Assembly (NCBI GenBank): GCA_012295275.1
Contig: CM022674.1
Span: forward strand, 930,001 to 994,000
Source: Chrysomallon squamiferum
Taxonomy: Eukaryota; Animalia; Mollusca
Direction of reading: 5' to 3'
DNA length: 64,000 nt
Position 1 is the stretch's first letter; every line of letters starts with the position of its first letter. The notes beneath the pieces are model-generated. The model ran no database searches, was not told where the DNA came from, and was given only the letters and a program-made list of their open reading frames with translations. A program made the translations under genes and the position numbers. Below, one piece after another: positions 1 through 14,283 of the stretch.

Positions 1-122
1 ATAATAATAATAATAGTAATAATAATAGTAATAATAATAGTAATAAAAATAATAAAGTAATAGTAATAATAATAATAATAGTAGTAATAGTAATAATAAT
101 AGTAATAATAATAATAATAATA

Positions 123-161
<39 letters not shown>

Positions 162-164
162 GTA

Positions 165-198
<34 letters not shown>

Positions 199-264
199 GT
201 AATAATAATAGTAATAGTAATAATAATAATAATAATAATAGTAATAATAATAATAATAATAGTA

Positions 265-318
<54 letters not shown>

Positions 319-335
319 GTAATAATAATAATTAG
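1..335. repeat. (AAT)n/(AGT) compound trinucleotide microsatellite
   Basis: Directly visible; representative of the many (AAT)n, (AG)n, (AC)n, (GATA)n and (TAAA)n tracts across the window. Confidence 0.95.
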
Positions 336-813
336 AATAAAATATATTTTAAATAGCTGACATGTAAACTTGATTAAATAGGAATAATAAAAATATAATT
401 GTTTATTTTTTTTATTTTTTTTTTTTTTTTATTTCACAGGATTAAAATGACAAATTTTTTATCTGTAAGAAAAATAACAACAACATGAAAAAACAAATAT
501 GCTTTAATTAATACAGGACTAATACAAAATGTTATATTGTACATAAAGAAGAAGAGATGAACGTGTAAGCACTTCTGATGTCATTTCTTGTTTTTGTCTG
601 TTGGCCCAGTTATATATTTAAAAAAATCAAATTTCAAATTTAAAAAGTGTGACTGTTAATTCTCTAAAATAATTTCCCACACACGTGCGCACAGAAAGGA
701 GAAGAAAAAAGAAAAAAGAAAGAAAAAATGAAAAGCACGAATCATATCCACATACAATAAAGATAGCAAATGTGTGCTGTTTTAAGAAAATTTATTAATC
801 GAAGTTTTGAAAA

Positions 814-1465
814 TTCTGTATAAAAGAGTCTAACAATTAAAAAAAAATAAAAGTTCTCCACAGCAACGGACTTCCTCTCAAAAAAACAGGAAATAAGCCA
901 AAAACAGGAAATCAGTCCAGAGGCGTCAAATCACGCAATCCTGGAAGTTTATAACTTCAATGACGTCATCCTGGACTTCATATGCCAGCCCATCACTTAA
1001 GGTGAAACTACGTCATTACTTACAGAACTTCGTCACTAGGATGTTGACTACCAGTGACGATATGGTACCGATGAGCACGTTCGCACAACTCTGAAAGGTA
1101 AAATAAAACAGAAGTAGTCAGCAGCTGTTTGCTTATTCGTCCTGCTTATTATTTTATTTTACTCGTTTCTGCTAGAACAGTGATTCTCACTGTTTAGGGG
1201 TTAGTTATCTCTCCAACTAATGTGAGAATACTAGAGGTGCCTTAACACTTTGCTTTTATTAATACTCATAACCGTCATTAGACAATAAAAACATTTTCTT
1301 CTGTGACTGGTATAAAATTTAACCTAAGAGATGTCAGCCTTTAGAATTAATCGAAAAATAAAATAATAAAAAATATAAAAAAATTATTAATAAAATGGCA
1401 CTGAAAGAAACTTGAAATGAGAGACCATTGTTGAAATATATTCAAAAAAGTATTATAACATTTTG

Positions 1466-1497
<32 letters not shown>

Positions 1498-1628
1498 ATT
1501 TTATTTTTATGTGTGGTATTTTAGTGGAATTTTAAATCGGTGCACGACTGAAGGAACCGGACATTTGGTGTCGGTCTGTAATTGTTGTATAAGTTACAGA
1601 AGGAATATCTGTCTATCTGTCTATCTAG

Positions 1629-1673
<45 letters not shown>

Positions 1674-2280
1674 TGTGTGAACGTGTGTTCGTGTGTGTGA
1701 CTGTGTCTGTGCGTATGTTCGTGTGTATACTCACAGGTGTGGTTGTTGCAGTCGTGGTCGTGGGTGTTGTCGTGTTGGTATCACCACCCGCAACTGAAAA
1801 TATGTCACAAAAAGCATGTCACTCGTGAATCAGCAAACACTACCGCTTCCACTAGTATTATTACTATTACGACTATCCCCATTGCTCTACTAGAACTGCT
1901 AGTACTGTTATACTACATGTATTACTAATGTTACTAATACTTCTACAAGTATTTCTGCTGTTGGTGCTATTACAACTATCACAGAAATCATCATCATTAT
2001 AAAATTTATAAAAACAACAGGACATAAAATTTAAAAAAAAAAACTGTTACTATTACTCCTGCTACTATTTACTGCTACCACAACCATCCTACTAGCACTA
2101 CTACTATTACTATTACTGCTACTACTATTACTACTACTACTGCTACTACTACTACTAATAATAATAACTGCAGTTTGTTAAAATTGCAAGGAAACTTTAA
2201 TGATTTTACTTACCATAACATGTATATATAAGCAGTATAACTATGAGAATTATAGAAACCAGTTTTGTCATGTTTGCCAT
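814..2280 (-). CDS. Small secreted, putatively GPI-anchored Thr-rich glycopeptide precursor (64 aa; CD24/CD52-like architecture)
   Basis: Exons 2280-2214, 1793-1735, 1090-1024 and 815-814 (split TAA), all GT-AG with consistent phases 1,0,1. Protein MANMTKLVSIILIVILLIYTCYVAGGDTNTTTPTTTTATTTPSCANVLIGTISSLVVNILVTKF*. If the last intron is unspliced it ends KFCK* at 1016. Good Kozak context; AATAAA at 796-791. Confidence 0.72.
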
Positions 2281-2295
2281 TTCTGAAAAGTAAAA

Positions 2296-2338
<43 letters not shown>

Positions 2339-2681
2339 AGAAAGAAAGAAAGAAAGAAAGAAAGAGAAAAGACCTAACGAAAGCAAAAAAAAAAAAAAAA
2401 CAGGTTCATAAGTAACAAAGTATTCATGTTTGTTTCTGTTCGAGTAAAACTACAGCAATGGACAAGAAATATAAAGAACATGCAGTATTAGTGTGATTTC
2501 TAACACGAAACAAAATGGCTGTACACAAGGAAAAACATACAGAGAATAAAGCGTACACATTTGTGCAAAAAATAGACTTCATCTCAGTTTCTGCTTATTA
2601 TTATATTATCATTTGAATACCTCAGAAGTAGGCCAGAACCATCAATCAAAGTATATGTATGCGTGTCTGTGTTTCCCTCTA

Positions 2682-2715
<34 letters not shown>

Positions 2716-2831
2716 AATTTATCTATCTATCTATCTAGCGGTCTGTCTATATGTCTGTATTTGTTTCTACCGTCCATTAATCTAGCTGTCAATGTATAGT
2801 CGTTTTTTTTTTTTTTTAAATAATTAACCTA

Positions 2832-2867
<36 letters not shown>

Positions 2868-2941
2868 CGTGTGCATTCTTTCTTTCAAATATATTTCACA
2901 ATTTAAGACAAAATAATTAATAACATACATAAACAGATATT

Positions 2942-3062
2942 ACTTACTGCGAGAAGTAGGTGAGTGAGGATTAAGAGGAGAGGGTGTTGAAATCAACAGA
3001 GGGAGTGAAACTGATGCTGGTATTAAATACGCAGAAAAGTGACTCACGTGCTTATGACGTGT
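2942..3062 (-). promoter_or_regulatory. Probable promoter and non-coding first exon of the small GPI-type gene
   Basis: Minus-strand donor gca|GTAAGT at 2947-2942; TATA-like TATTTAATA at 3029-3021; AP-1 TGAGTCA (3040-3046) overlapping E-box CACGTG (3045-3050); TGACGT nearby. The ATG exon is preceded by a ttttcag acceptor, so an upstream exon is required. Confidence 0.45.
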
Positions 3063-3740
3063 AACAAGACTATTTCTGAAAGCTTTTTTGACAGTCATGT
3101 CAGTCTGGCACGCCCACTTGTTAAACGGACACGCCCCTCTTAGTGTGTTCCGGTTTAACAATGTGTGTCTGTCTCGTTTTGTTTTATCTCTCTCTCTCTC
3201 TGTTCGTTTCTGTCTCTGTGTCTCTCTGTGTCTCTCTCGTTCGTCCTTTCTTCATATCTCTCTTTATCTATCTCTCTCTCTCTCTCACTTTGTGTGTTTA
3301 TTATACACACACACACTCACACACACGCACGCACGCACACACCCCATATTACAAAGGCGTGCAACAATGCTCAGATATATTGATGTTTTTTTTTGTGATA
3401 TTCAGATGCCCAGGACTGTTTCTGACCCACTTTTAGTATTCTGTTGAATTTGTTTAAATACGCCTAACACGGTGAACAGTGTGTAAGTGTCTAGACAGCA
3501 GAATATGTACAGCAGTACGTACAAACACATGCCGTGCAGGAATAATCATAAGGAAAAAAAAAAACATACACAGGACAAATAATTACATCACTTGATCTTT
3601 GCTAGATACATAAGTGTTTTATATATATTTATTTATTTATATAACATGACGTTACACCATTGGAAAGACAATAACAAGAACAGCAGTAAAAAGGATTATA
3701 GCGAACACAATGTCAGTGACGACGACGATGATGATAGCAA

Positions 3741-3800
<60 letters not shown>

Positions 3801-5153
3801 CTACCGTACTAGCAGTAGCAGTTTTAGTAACGATGGTGACGATAATGGTTATAGCATTTGGTAGTATTAATAATGATGCTGGTGGTGATGCAGATTATAA
3901 GAGCAGCAACAACAACAACAATATCATCGTCATCAACAACAACATTACAATGTTGTTAAAGCAACAAACAATGATCAGTTTATTTTCATTATAATCATCA
4001 TTGTCTTCTTTTTCTTCTTCTTCTGTTAGTATGGTCATCATTATCATCATCATAATGATCGTCACAATCATTAATATCAAAATTACAATATCTGTAACAA
4101 CAACAACTACTAATACTAAGACTAAGATTATTACCGCTACTACGTTGTAATATAATAACAAACATGAATACCACAAGTTCCTTCATCTTTCCGTTGATAG
4201 TCATTTCTTCTCTCCGTCATTATTATTATTATTTATTTATTTATTTATTACATTTTACTCCCATCTTTGTTATGACGTGTAAAACGTCACGTTTATCTAT
4301 TACGTCAAACCTTTATGACGTCACAACAGCTTGACATTAACCTTCACTGTAAAGTATTAAATTGCTCTTTTATTTGTTTTGTAATATTATTGTTATAAGA
4401 TAAGTAACTTCCAAACACTACTACTGCTACTACTAGTACTATTACTACTACCAATACTACTACTTCTACTGATATTACAATTACTATTACTACAATTGTT
4501 TCTAATAATAATAATAATAATAATAATATTAACAATAACAATATTGTAGTTGTTATTATTATTATCATCATTATTTTATTATTATTGTTGTTGTTGTCGT
4601 TATTATTATTATTATCATCATTATTTTTATTATTGTTGTTGTTGTTGTAAAATTAATACCAACAACAACACTACACAAAAACAAAACAAAGTCTTTTGAA
4701 CTTCATGTAATAAATCACATACAGTAAATTAACGTCTTTTAAAACAAAGCACGTAGAGCCTTTTTACGTGGTTTTACGTTAAGCGTATCGCTTTCCGATC
4801 GTTTGATACAACCGCAAATCCCAAAACGCTGATCACCCACACCGACAACAGCCGTTTAGCTTGAGTCTGACAGTTTTCCCACGCGCAAAAAAATCAAACT
4901 TACCTGCTGTGTATCGCTTTGATCGGAAGGTGGAGCGATAAGTGTCAAACGTAAAAAGTTTAACAGCAATTAATTATCCTGCATGTTTATAAATAACCCA
5001 CAAACACGCTATATATATATATACATATATAATTGTTTTATTTTTTTTTTTTTGGTTTGTTTTCTTATTCTTTTGCTGATTTCCTTTATTCTCTCACACA
5101 TTTTTTGTTCTCTCTCGCGCCCGTAATGACAAGAGTTCTTCCCACGCACGAAT

Positions 5154-5249
<96 letters not shown>

Positions 5250-5901
5250 TATATCTTTTTTTCAGATAGTAAATAATTTTATCTGTGAGTGATAAAAATA
5301 TTTATTAATGTCAAAACACCTGAAGTGTCATTGAATCAGTACAAAATTTATTATAGGCGGATCCGAAATCACAGTGTATAGAGGACACTTCGTAACTACT
5401 GCCGAATATAACACTCAAAACAACTTGGTATATTCAAAACAAATTTAAAAAAAAAAGAGAAAGAAGATAATAGCAGGAGACATTAAAGCGAGCACTCTCG
5501 GTGTAACACACGCCCTATGTCAAGGACAGCATCTTCAGATAAGAACGTTTATTGTGAAATTAGACTCCTCCTACTTTTAAAAACGCCGATGTTTATTACA
5601 GCTGCCATCCTTTTTGGTATTCATAACTGGGGATAAGGAAAAAAATAAAATACAGCCAATACAGCTCGAGAGATGCACCATGCATCACCGGGAAGTCTTC
5701 CTGGTCGACAGTTTCATCGGTTTATTGCTATGTCACATTAACCGACTTGGTATTACCGTTTACAATAACAAGTGCAATATCAAATTCACTGTTAACAATT
5801 GATGTTAGCTCTGGCTGGTCCTACAAATGATGCTCAGAGATCGCTGCATCATTATCTCACGTGACACTGAAGTGAGTACACCTACATGACGTCCGACACG
5901 T

Positions 5902-5952
<51 letters not shown>

Positions 5953-7275
5953 CACTGACATGACAAAGGTGCAGCTCGATTTGAATGCAAAAGCACGAGT
6001 TTAATCCTCCTTCGTGTTCCTTGAATTTTGCGTGCGACTGATGCAACATAAGGTGATTATAAAGTGTTAATCGACCGTGAATTGCTATCAGTCCTTTAAT
6101 TAATTAATTATTGCGTTAGAAAAACGTTGCTCAATCAATAAAAAAAAATTGCAGAAAAGACTGTTGTTCTAATTGGTATTTTTTAGTTGTATATCACAAG
6201 TATGGGACTAGAGCTCTTCGTAGCTGGAGCTAAATCAAAAGTCAGAAAACAAATTTTGAAATACTGGCGGCATGAAGTACATTTTGTTGCAGTGTAACAC
6301 ACATACTGTACTTGAAGCCGCTCTTAAACACATAACATAATTTATTCTGTGGCAAAAAAGCCCAACAATTTGATGCATTTTTAATGTACAAATATATGTT
6401 GTTCATATTAAAATCCACATATGACACCATGGTGAGATGCAGTTATAAACACGGTCACCACTGGTATGTGTGGTATGTTATGAGTGGGGTTTGTGATTTA
6501 CAGGGGGGGGATTTCACTGTGCCCGCACCTCCTGTTACATATTACTGAAGCAGTCAAGCATAGCAAATGATGAGAAACAAATGCGAATTACAGTATAGTT
6601 TATTTCCGAAAAAGACCAACCATGATCTTATAACATTTCACAGTCTAACAAAATGGGAAACTGAATCAGAATATTCTGTTGGAGCTTTCTGTCCCATTGG
6701 CGTATGTCAAAGACAAGTTGCTGGTTTTCTCCTACGTTTATATTGCCCCGTGTGAACAATCATATATTATATATACGTAGATGTGTACATGTATTACCAT
6801 TATACTGCAACATATATAAAACGAGGCTGTGGATTTTAACGACACTGACGGTTCACTTTAATGTTCAGCCTGACTGTAATCCATGACAGTTCAGCTGTCA
6901 CGGTGAGGTTAACCCACTTATTAATTCCAAATCCACTGGTTTGATCTTATCATATAACTTCAGACGACCGTACAGAATGTTGCGTGGAAAAAAACGAAAA
7001 ACTATGATGAAAAATGTGCGTTTGTTTTAATCAGTTATAAATATATAGCATGAATGAATTAGTCTTGTTTAGTCAGAGGGTTAAATCATTTGGAAACCAT
7101 CTGTTGTTAAAGGTTATTATTATCATTGCTTTTTTTCTTTTTTTTTAATTATTATTATTATTGTTATCATTTTTGTTATTGTTATTGCGTATATGTTGTC
7201 ATTACTGATGCTGTTAGTAGTGATTTTTAATAATAATAATAATAATAATAATGATGATGATGATGATGATGATGA

Positions 7276-7306
<31 letters not shown>

Positions 7307-7557
7307 TGTGGTTTATTTCATCTTCTTTAGAAAGAAATTTACCTCTCAAATTTTCTAACAGTGGAGTTATCTCCCGTGACATTAAATAATAATCTGGTAT
7401 ATGGTAATCCTTCATAGTATTGGGTAAAATGTACGAAAGGGAATTTGTTATATACATGCATACATACGAATATACATATTCACTCACAAAAATTCACATA
7501 GAAACATATATTAAAAATAATAATGTTAATAGTAATACTAAAATAATAATAATAATA

Positions 7558-7598
<41 letters not shown>

Positions 7599-8119
7599 AA
7601 TAGTAGTAATAATAATAATAATAATAGGAAGAAGAAGAAATGCAATAATAATAATAACAATAATAATAATAATAAATAAATAAATGAACAAATAAGTAAA
7701 TAAATAAATAAACACAATGATTTACATATCTGTTAACTAAATCAACAAAAAGTCACCCGTATTAAAAACAATGCACGTTTCTAGTTTCATTGAACTGTCA
7801 GATCTTCCAAACTGGTTCCCACACCAGACCGTTCCTCTCCACGTCCTCAACATCATCATCCAGATCTGCGCACAATCGTGTCACGTCATCACTGCAGTCA
7901 ACGTATGGCGTCGTTTCGGCAACGTGGATGTTGCTTTTTTACGATCTGCACAACGAGACATGAAAGTGTTTGACTCCCTGTAACGTGTTTTTACATATGA
8001 TTAATGTATTTATAAATGACAAATATTGCAAAAAAAAAAAACCAAACAAAATAAATAAAAGAGAATGTAAAGAAATGAATTGGTTTTGTAAAGTGTATTT
8101 TTGTAAAGTGGAGATCAGA

Positions 8120-8644
8120 CGAGCTATTTTAACGACTTCGGCTGGAGTTTCAGCCTTTATCTACTCCTGCAGATTCAGTGTGGTTCATATCGCAGAAGTA
8201 CTTCGCTCGTACTGCCTAGCCAAGTCGACTATGCACACATCACTCATGTTTTCTATAAATTCAAGCTTTATTTAAATGGACATCATCCGCTTCTTCTTTT
8301 CAGCACTGTCCTTTGCACTCACTTTCTTACAATCCATGGCCAGAAAAAAGAAATTTGGCAAAATACTGCACAAAACGAGAGACACGCGGGATGCTGGCCG
8401 GATGTTACGCTGTTCGTTGCGCCAACTAGCGGCGGCGAATCTGAAGCTGGCTCGGAAAACTCGTAAGCTGGGGCATTCGTAATTCATACGTATATATATA
8501 TATATATATACATATATATACATATATATTATATACATATACATATATATACATATACATACACTTATAAAAAAATCGACCGGACAATTGCTCGTAACTC
8601 GAAAAACTCGTAAGTTGGGACATTCGTAAGTCGAGGTACCACTG
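8120..8644 (-). mobile_element. Decayed Tigger/pogo-like (Tc1/mariner superfamily) DNA transposon, 5' end
   Basis: Terminal TA|CAGTGGTACCTCGACTTACGA at 8644-8624, a Tigger-type TIR with TA target. From ATG 8337 the frame reads MDCKKVSAKDSAEKKKRMMSI*IKLEFIE...VDLARQYERSTSAI*..., resembling the N-terminal CENP-B/psq HTH of Tigger transposases, with three in-frame stops. A subterminal repeat is duplicated at about 8451-8482 and 8598-8629. Confidence 0.8.
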
Positions 8645-8970
8645 TATTCACTTTTCGTCTTGGCTATTGCTTTCAGCATCAATCATTGTATGCGATAGTC
8701 AAATTACTCTGCTTTCGGAGAGTACAATACGCACCTATTATTTTGCTTTTATTTATAGCAAAGAAGGCAATGCATTGCAGTATTTCACCGTGCGACGTAA
8801 ATGAACTGCTTGTGTGACCCTGCACTATATTTAGAAACTGATCTATACTGCGCTGTTGAATAATACGGTTTACAGGCTTATATGGAGTTGACTATAGTTA
8901 TGTCGATTCGGGCTCTTTCGGAGAAGTGTCGGGGCTTGCCGAAGTGAAATGAGTATGATGGAGGGTATGC

Positions 8971-9041
<71 letters not shown>

Positions 9042-9958
9042 GTATATATATGAATTACTTAAGATAACTTGGATACAGCGTGAATGAATGAATATGTTTG
9101 GATATCGAAACGAACTATGTTTAATTGTTTTTTTATTCTGTGTTACAGCATACACTAATCTGTGTATCAGTAAGATGACACCGGTTTAGGAAAGAGGCTT
9201 TTATTTTCAAAAGAAAACTAATTTTCTTATCAATAACCTTCGACCTGTCGAGGCGGGGCTTTGTCCAGCTGCGTGGTTCGTTGTAGTAAACACGTCGTCA
9301 GCTAATCCTTGACACGTGATACAACGACAACGTCCCTTAGCGCTTAAAAAATAGAAGTACACGCCTTCGTCTTCTCAATAACGTCGTGAACGTCAACTGA
9401 TGCAGTTTCCGCTTTGTTTGGTGTCATGTGCTGCTTAGTCAAACGGAAATTCGATACAGAGCGATGAGAGAGTTCATTGTTGTGCGGAGTTCTGAGAAAT
9501 CACTGCTCGGTTTTTAGTTGCAGTGCGGAAAATCAACGATAACAATTCTGGGATCTTTGAACTTTAACTTTGAAATATACTGAACGTATAAAATCATTCC
9601 TTAACTCCGACGTTTGATAACCCAACTTGGAATTTCTTTAGCGATTGCACAGATGACATTTGATTATTATTATTATTTATGTTATTTTATTTTATTTTAT
9701 TTTATTTTATTTTATTTTTTTCTTTAACGTTCAGTTCATAAAATAAAAGATATTAAGTCTTTATACGACTTGTTCTTTTGTTTTGGAGATATTAATTCCT
9801 GTTAACTGTTTACTGGATTGGAACTTGAGTTATCTTCGTACCAGGTTTACAACACCTGAAACCCGAATCGTTTATTATTTTGAGTTGGGACGAAGTTTGA
9901 TTACATTACTGACATAGAAGCTTTCGACAGACTGAAAAGTCAGCCCCGATAAAATGTC

Positions 9959-10008
<50 letters not shown>

Positions 10009-10728
10009 GATGTGTTTTCTTCAGTGCAAAAATATACTGTGTCTGAGTTTGCATATGTAAGAACATACATGTATATGGCCTCATTTTGAAACATCAGTTT
10101 AAACTACAAAAATGAAACGATTCACGGTATCGTTTTAAAATGAATTTTAACGAAGGAGCGTATAATTAATTATATTCACATATTTGATTTCTCCTTTTTT
10201 GTTTATAATGGTTATCTCAGTGATGGCAAATTAGCTTCCCATCCCTAAGTATAAACCGGCTTGTTTCCAAGAAAAAAAAATTGTTAATGAGACTATTTTT
10301 AAAAGACTGCGGGATGAGCATGCACGTGTTTCTCTAGATATGAATGCACTGAGCTAGACGTGCATTCAGTAGCACGTGCATTAAATAGATTTCTCGATTT
10401 ATTCATTTTTAAAGAGCGTTGTATTTCAGTTGTAAAAATGTCGTCGATAAGAGAAGGATTAGGTGACCATCGGCTCTTGTGTACTGATCTTATTTCCATT
10501 CTGTGATAACCAAAGCCATCAAAATCAAATATAAGTAAATTCTATGATACGTAATCATATCGATGTTAAATGGATAAATGTATTGGGTTTAAAAAAAATT
10601 TCACAAACAGAGCGTAGAAAAATCAAAGATAATAATACCAAAATATTTACTTCTAATGAAAAAAAATATATATATAATAAAAATAAAAATAAAAATAAAT
10701 TTATATAAATAAATAAATAAATTAATTA

Positions 10729-10777
<49 letters not shown>

Positions 10778-11211
10778 TAACGGAGTTTCCAGCATTTAAG
10801 AAACACCACATGCTCAACATCAAGCTAGCTGAAGACAGAAAATTAATCAACGTGTTTCAGTGTTGTCGTAAAACAAAAATAACTCCAACAATTTTATCTA
10901 TCGTCGACTTGAAACACAAAACAGTTCTCTAACAAAGAAAGATAACTCTTGACAAGACCGATTACCCTGTCATGGGGCCAAGTTATCTCTCAGTTGTGAT
11001 AACTGCAAAGCGTTCACCGGCATTTTTGCCTCATGCATTTCACGAAGACGGTAAGTGTAAACATTACGTCATGCTAAGTGGTGTAATATTTCATTCTGAC
11101 ATCCGACTAAGTTACTGGGATTTATTTAGGAATTTTGGAAATGCGCCTAGCTGCATCTTCAGCAAATGGCTCTGCTCTTTTTTTTCTTTCTTTCTTTCTT
11201 TCTTTCCTTCC

Positions 11212-11245
<34 letters not shown>

Positions 11246-11300
11246 ATATTTTATTTTATTTTATCTTATTTTATTTTATTTTAATTTTTTTAAATATTTT

Positions 11301-11334
<34 letters not shown>

Positions 11335-11414
11335 GTTATTGTTATTGTTATTATTATTATTATTGTTATTGTTATTGTTATTATTATTATTATTATTATT
11401 TTTGTTATTGTTAA

Positions 11415-11447
<33 letters not shown>

Positions 11448-12255
11448 GTGCTCTATCTGACATATACACAAAAGAAATGTATACAAACAAAACAGCAAAA
11501 CAGAAACGAAACAAGAACAGAAATATAAATAAATAAATAAATAAATAAAAAATAAACAATCAGACAAACAAATAATTAAGCCAGACGATTACAGGTATAT
11601 GGCGAAAACATATCAGACAGTCGTAAATGATTCGCTAACCGAATTTCGAACTCAGCTCGTTGAGTTTCGGAGAAATATTTGATTTCTCTGGAGAATTCTT
11701 TTACTGAAGGGTTTTTATTCGTGGGAAAGCACTCTGAATAAAACAGCTGTGATTTTCTGCAGCGAGGCTCGATAGAAATGTACGAAATGACACTAACAGG
11801 TGTTCCGCCTTCTAATCTGACGATCGGAAAGCTTATTTAAAATCACGTGATTTTTTTAAATCAGATAGGTATTTCTATACCAACAGTTACTATACCGAAA
11901 CCAACTTTGTGCGTAATTGTGTTGTATTAAATTGGTTTTATTTTATTTCATTTTATTTTATTATTATTATTTTTTTATGTTATGTTATTTATTTATTTAT
12001 TTACCTATTTATATACATGCAGTTAGATAGTTAATATGAATATCACCACCACAATATTATTCTACTATTGTTACATCTATTGCTACTACTACTACTACTT
12101 CTACTATTACTGCTATTACTACAATTCCTACCTCTACCTCCACTATTATCACAAGCATTACCAACATTACTACTACTACTATTGTTATTATTATTATCAT
12201 TATCATAATCATATATTATTATCGTAGTTGCTTCTGCATAATCTACGAGAAAAAG

Positions 12256-12330
<75 letters not shown>

Positions 12331-12813
12331 ACGTGAAATTTTTGATTAATTTACATTAAAGCCTACGCAAAATGCACCCCGCAGTCTTAAAACATTTCTT
12401 AACCGGGGCGGGAACAAGGTGGTTACTACATCTATGAGTAACTGAATTCTTTGAAGGATCGTCTCACTGTGCTAGTACAATCATACTTCCACTGAACGAT
12501 GAAGCGCATCTTTTTAATGTTCCTGATATCTTGGAACTTGCGTTTAATTACAGGTAGGGCGGTAAATAGATTCTGCAGATATCCGATTTTTTTATTTTAG
12601 TTATGTACATTTTCTGTATCCCGCCTGCTGCTTTCAAGTTGCTGCCGCATCATATTTCTCATTAACACCTACAGAACGCATTTCTCTTTAGTGCTTTCTT
12701 TTTCATCCATCTGTCTGTCGTTCTCTCTGTCTGTCTGTCCATCTGTCTATCCACATACATTCCTATCTATTTATCTGTCTGTCTACCTATCTATCTATCT
12801 ATCTATCTATCTA

Positions 12814-12870
<57 letters not shown>

Positions 12871-13208
12871 TATCTATCTATCTATGTGTCTGTCTATCTG
12901 TCTGTCTATCTATCTATCTATCTGTCTGTCTGTCACTATATATCTCTATCTTTCTTTCTTTCTCCTTTCTCTGTGTTCATCTACCTAGGTATCCATCTGT
13001 TTTTCACCTATCTACCTGTTTGTCTGTGTGTCCGTCTGTCTGTCTGCCTGTGTCTGTCTATCTCTCCCTTTATCACTCTATCTGTGTTTATATCTGTTGG
13101 TCTGTCTTTCTATATCTCCTTATTTCTCTCTCAATCCGTATTTCTCTTTATCTGTATCTCTAATTCATTCTCTTTCACCCATCACTCTCTCTCACTCAGA
13201 CACACATA

Positions 13209-13257
<49 letters not shown>

Positions 13258-14018
13258 ACGCACCCACATAAGCACGCATACACCTAGTCTGCCTCTCCTT
13301 TTCCTTATCTGTACACGCTTTTTTTTTTTTTTTTTTTTTTAGTTTATTTTATCAGGCTGTCATTTTTGCGACTAATCTTCTTATTTAATTTCCAGGAATG
13401 TTCTTCACACAGATAGTGTTACTCCCACTTCGTAGGAGTAACCACCAGGAATCTCGAAACCAGATTACCAAAGATAAACATTTTTTTTACTAACAGATGC
13501 AGAGAATGAACCGAGAAGTCAGGGCAGAAATTCCTTCACAGATTCCTTGTCAGTCGTAACAAGCCTGAAAGTCGGCGATAAAAAAAAAAAATCGTAAGGA
13601 TTACGCTAACAGACGCTGAGTGTTTGTCCATTATAGCGGGAGCCCGCTTAATAGAGGTTTTATGTTTCGATATCAAAGGTGTCCGCACTGTTTTGTGGCG
13701 AAGCGTGAAATATTTTCTTGTAACAGCTCTTTCCTGCGTCAAGGAGACTGAAGGCTTCGAAATCTGGAAAGACGGAAGAAAAAAAAAAAAAGGAGCAGCT
13801 TTGACAGAGCGGGGTGCAAACAGACAGACAGACAGGACTAAGAGACGGACAGAGATACAGACATGATGTCGGATGGATGGATGGATGGATCGATCGACGG
13901 ACATGATGGTAGGATGGATAGAAAGTTGGAGTGAGAGATGGAGGTAGGGAGGGAGGGAGGGATAAGCGGGTGGTGGTGTAGACTGTAGATAGGTAGGTAC
14001 ACAAACAGAGAGAGGGAG

Positions 14019-14119
<101 letters not shown>

Positions 14120-14214
14120 GGACAATGCATATACACACTGATAGACATGAAAGATAAACAGAATGACAGTCAGAGCGATGGATGGATGGATGGAGAAAGC
14201 GATGGATGGGTGGC

Positions 14215-14283
<69 letters not shown>

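Noticed and set aside
7340-7450. Minus-strand stretch reading PFVHFTQYYEGLPYTRLLFNVTGDNSTVRKFE before a donor-like site
   Set aside because: No suitable upstream acceptor or start codon, and no recognisable family.
8876-8955. Plus-strand exon-like GLYGVDYSYVDSGSFGEVSGLAEVK*
   Set aside because: Isolated; an alternative frame is similarly open; no partner exons found.
10318-10382. Cluster of RCGTG/CACGTG motifs with a 9-bp inverted repeat (hypoxia-element-like)
   Set aside because: CACGTG is frequent throughout the window and no linked gene was established.
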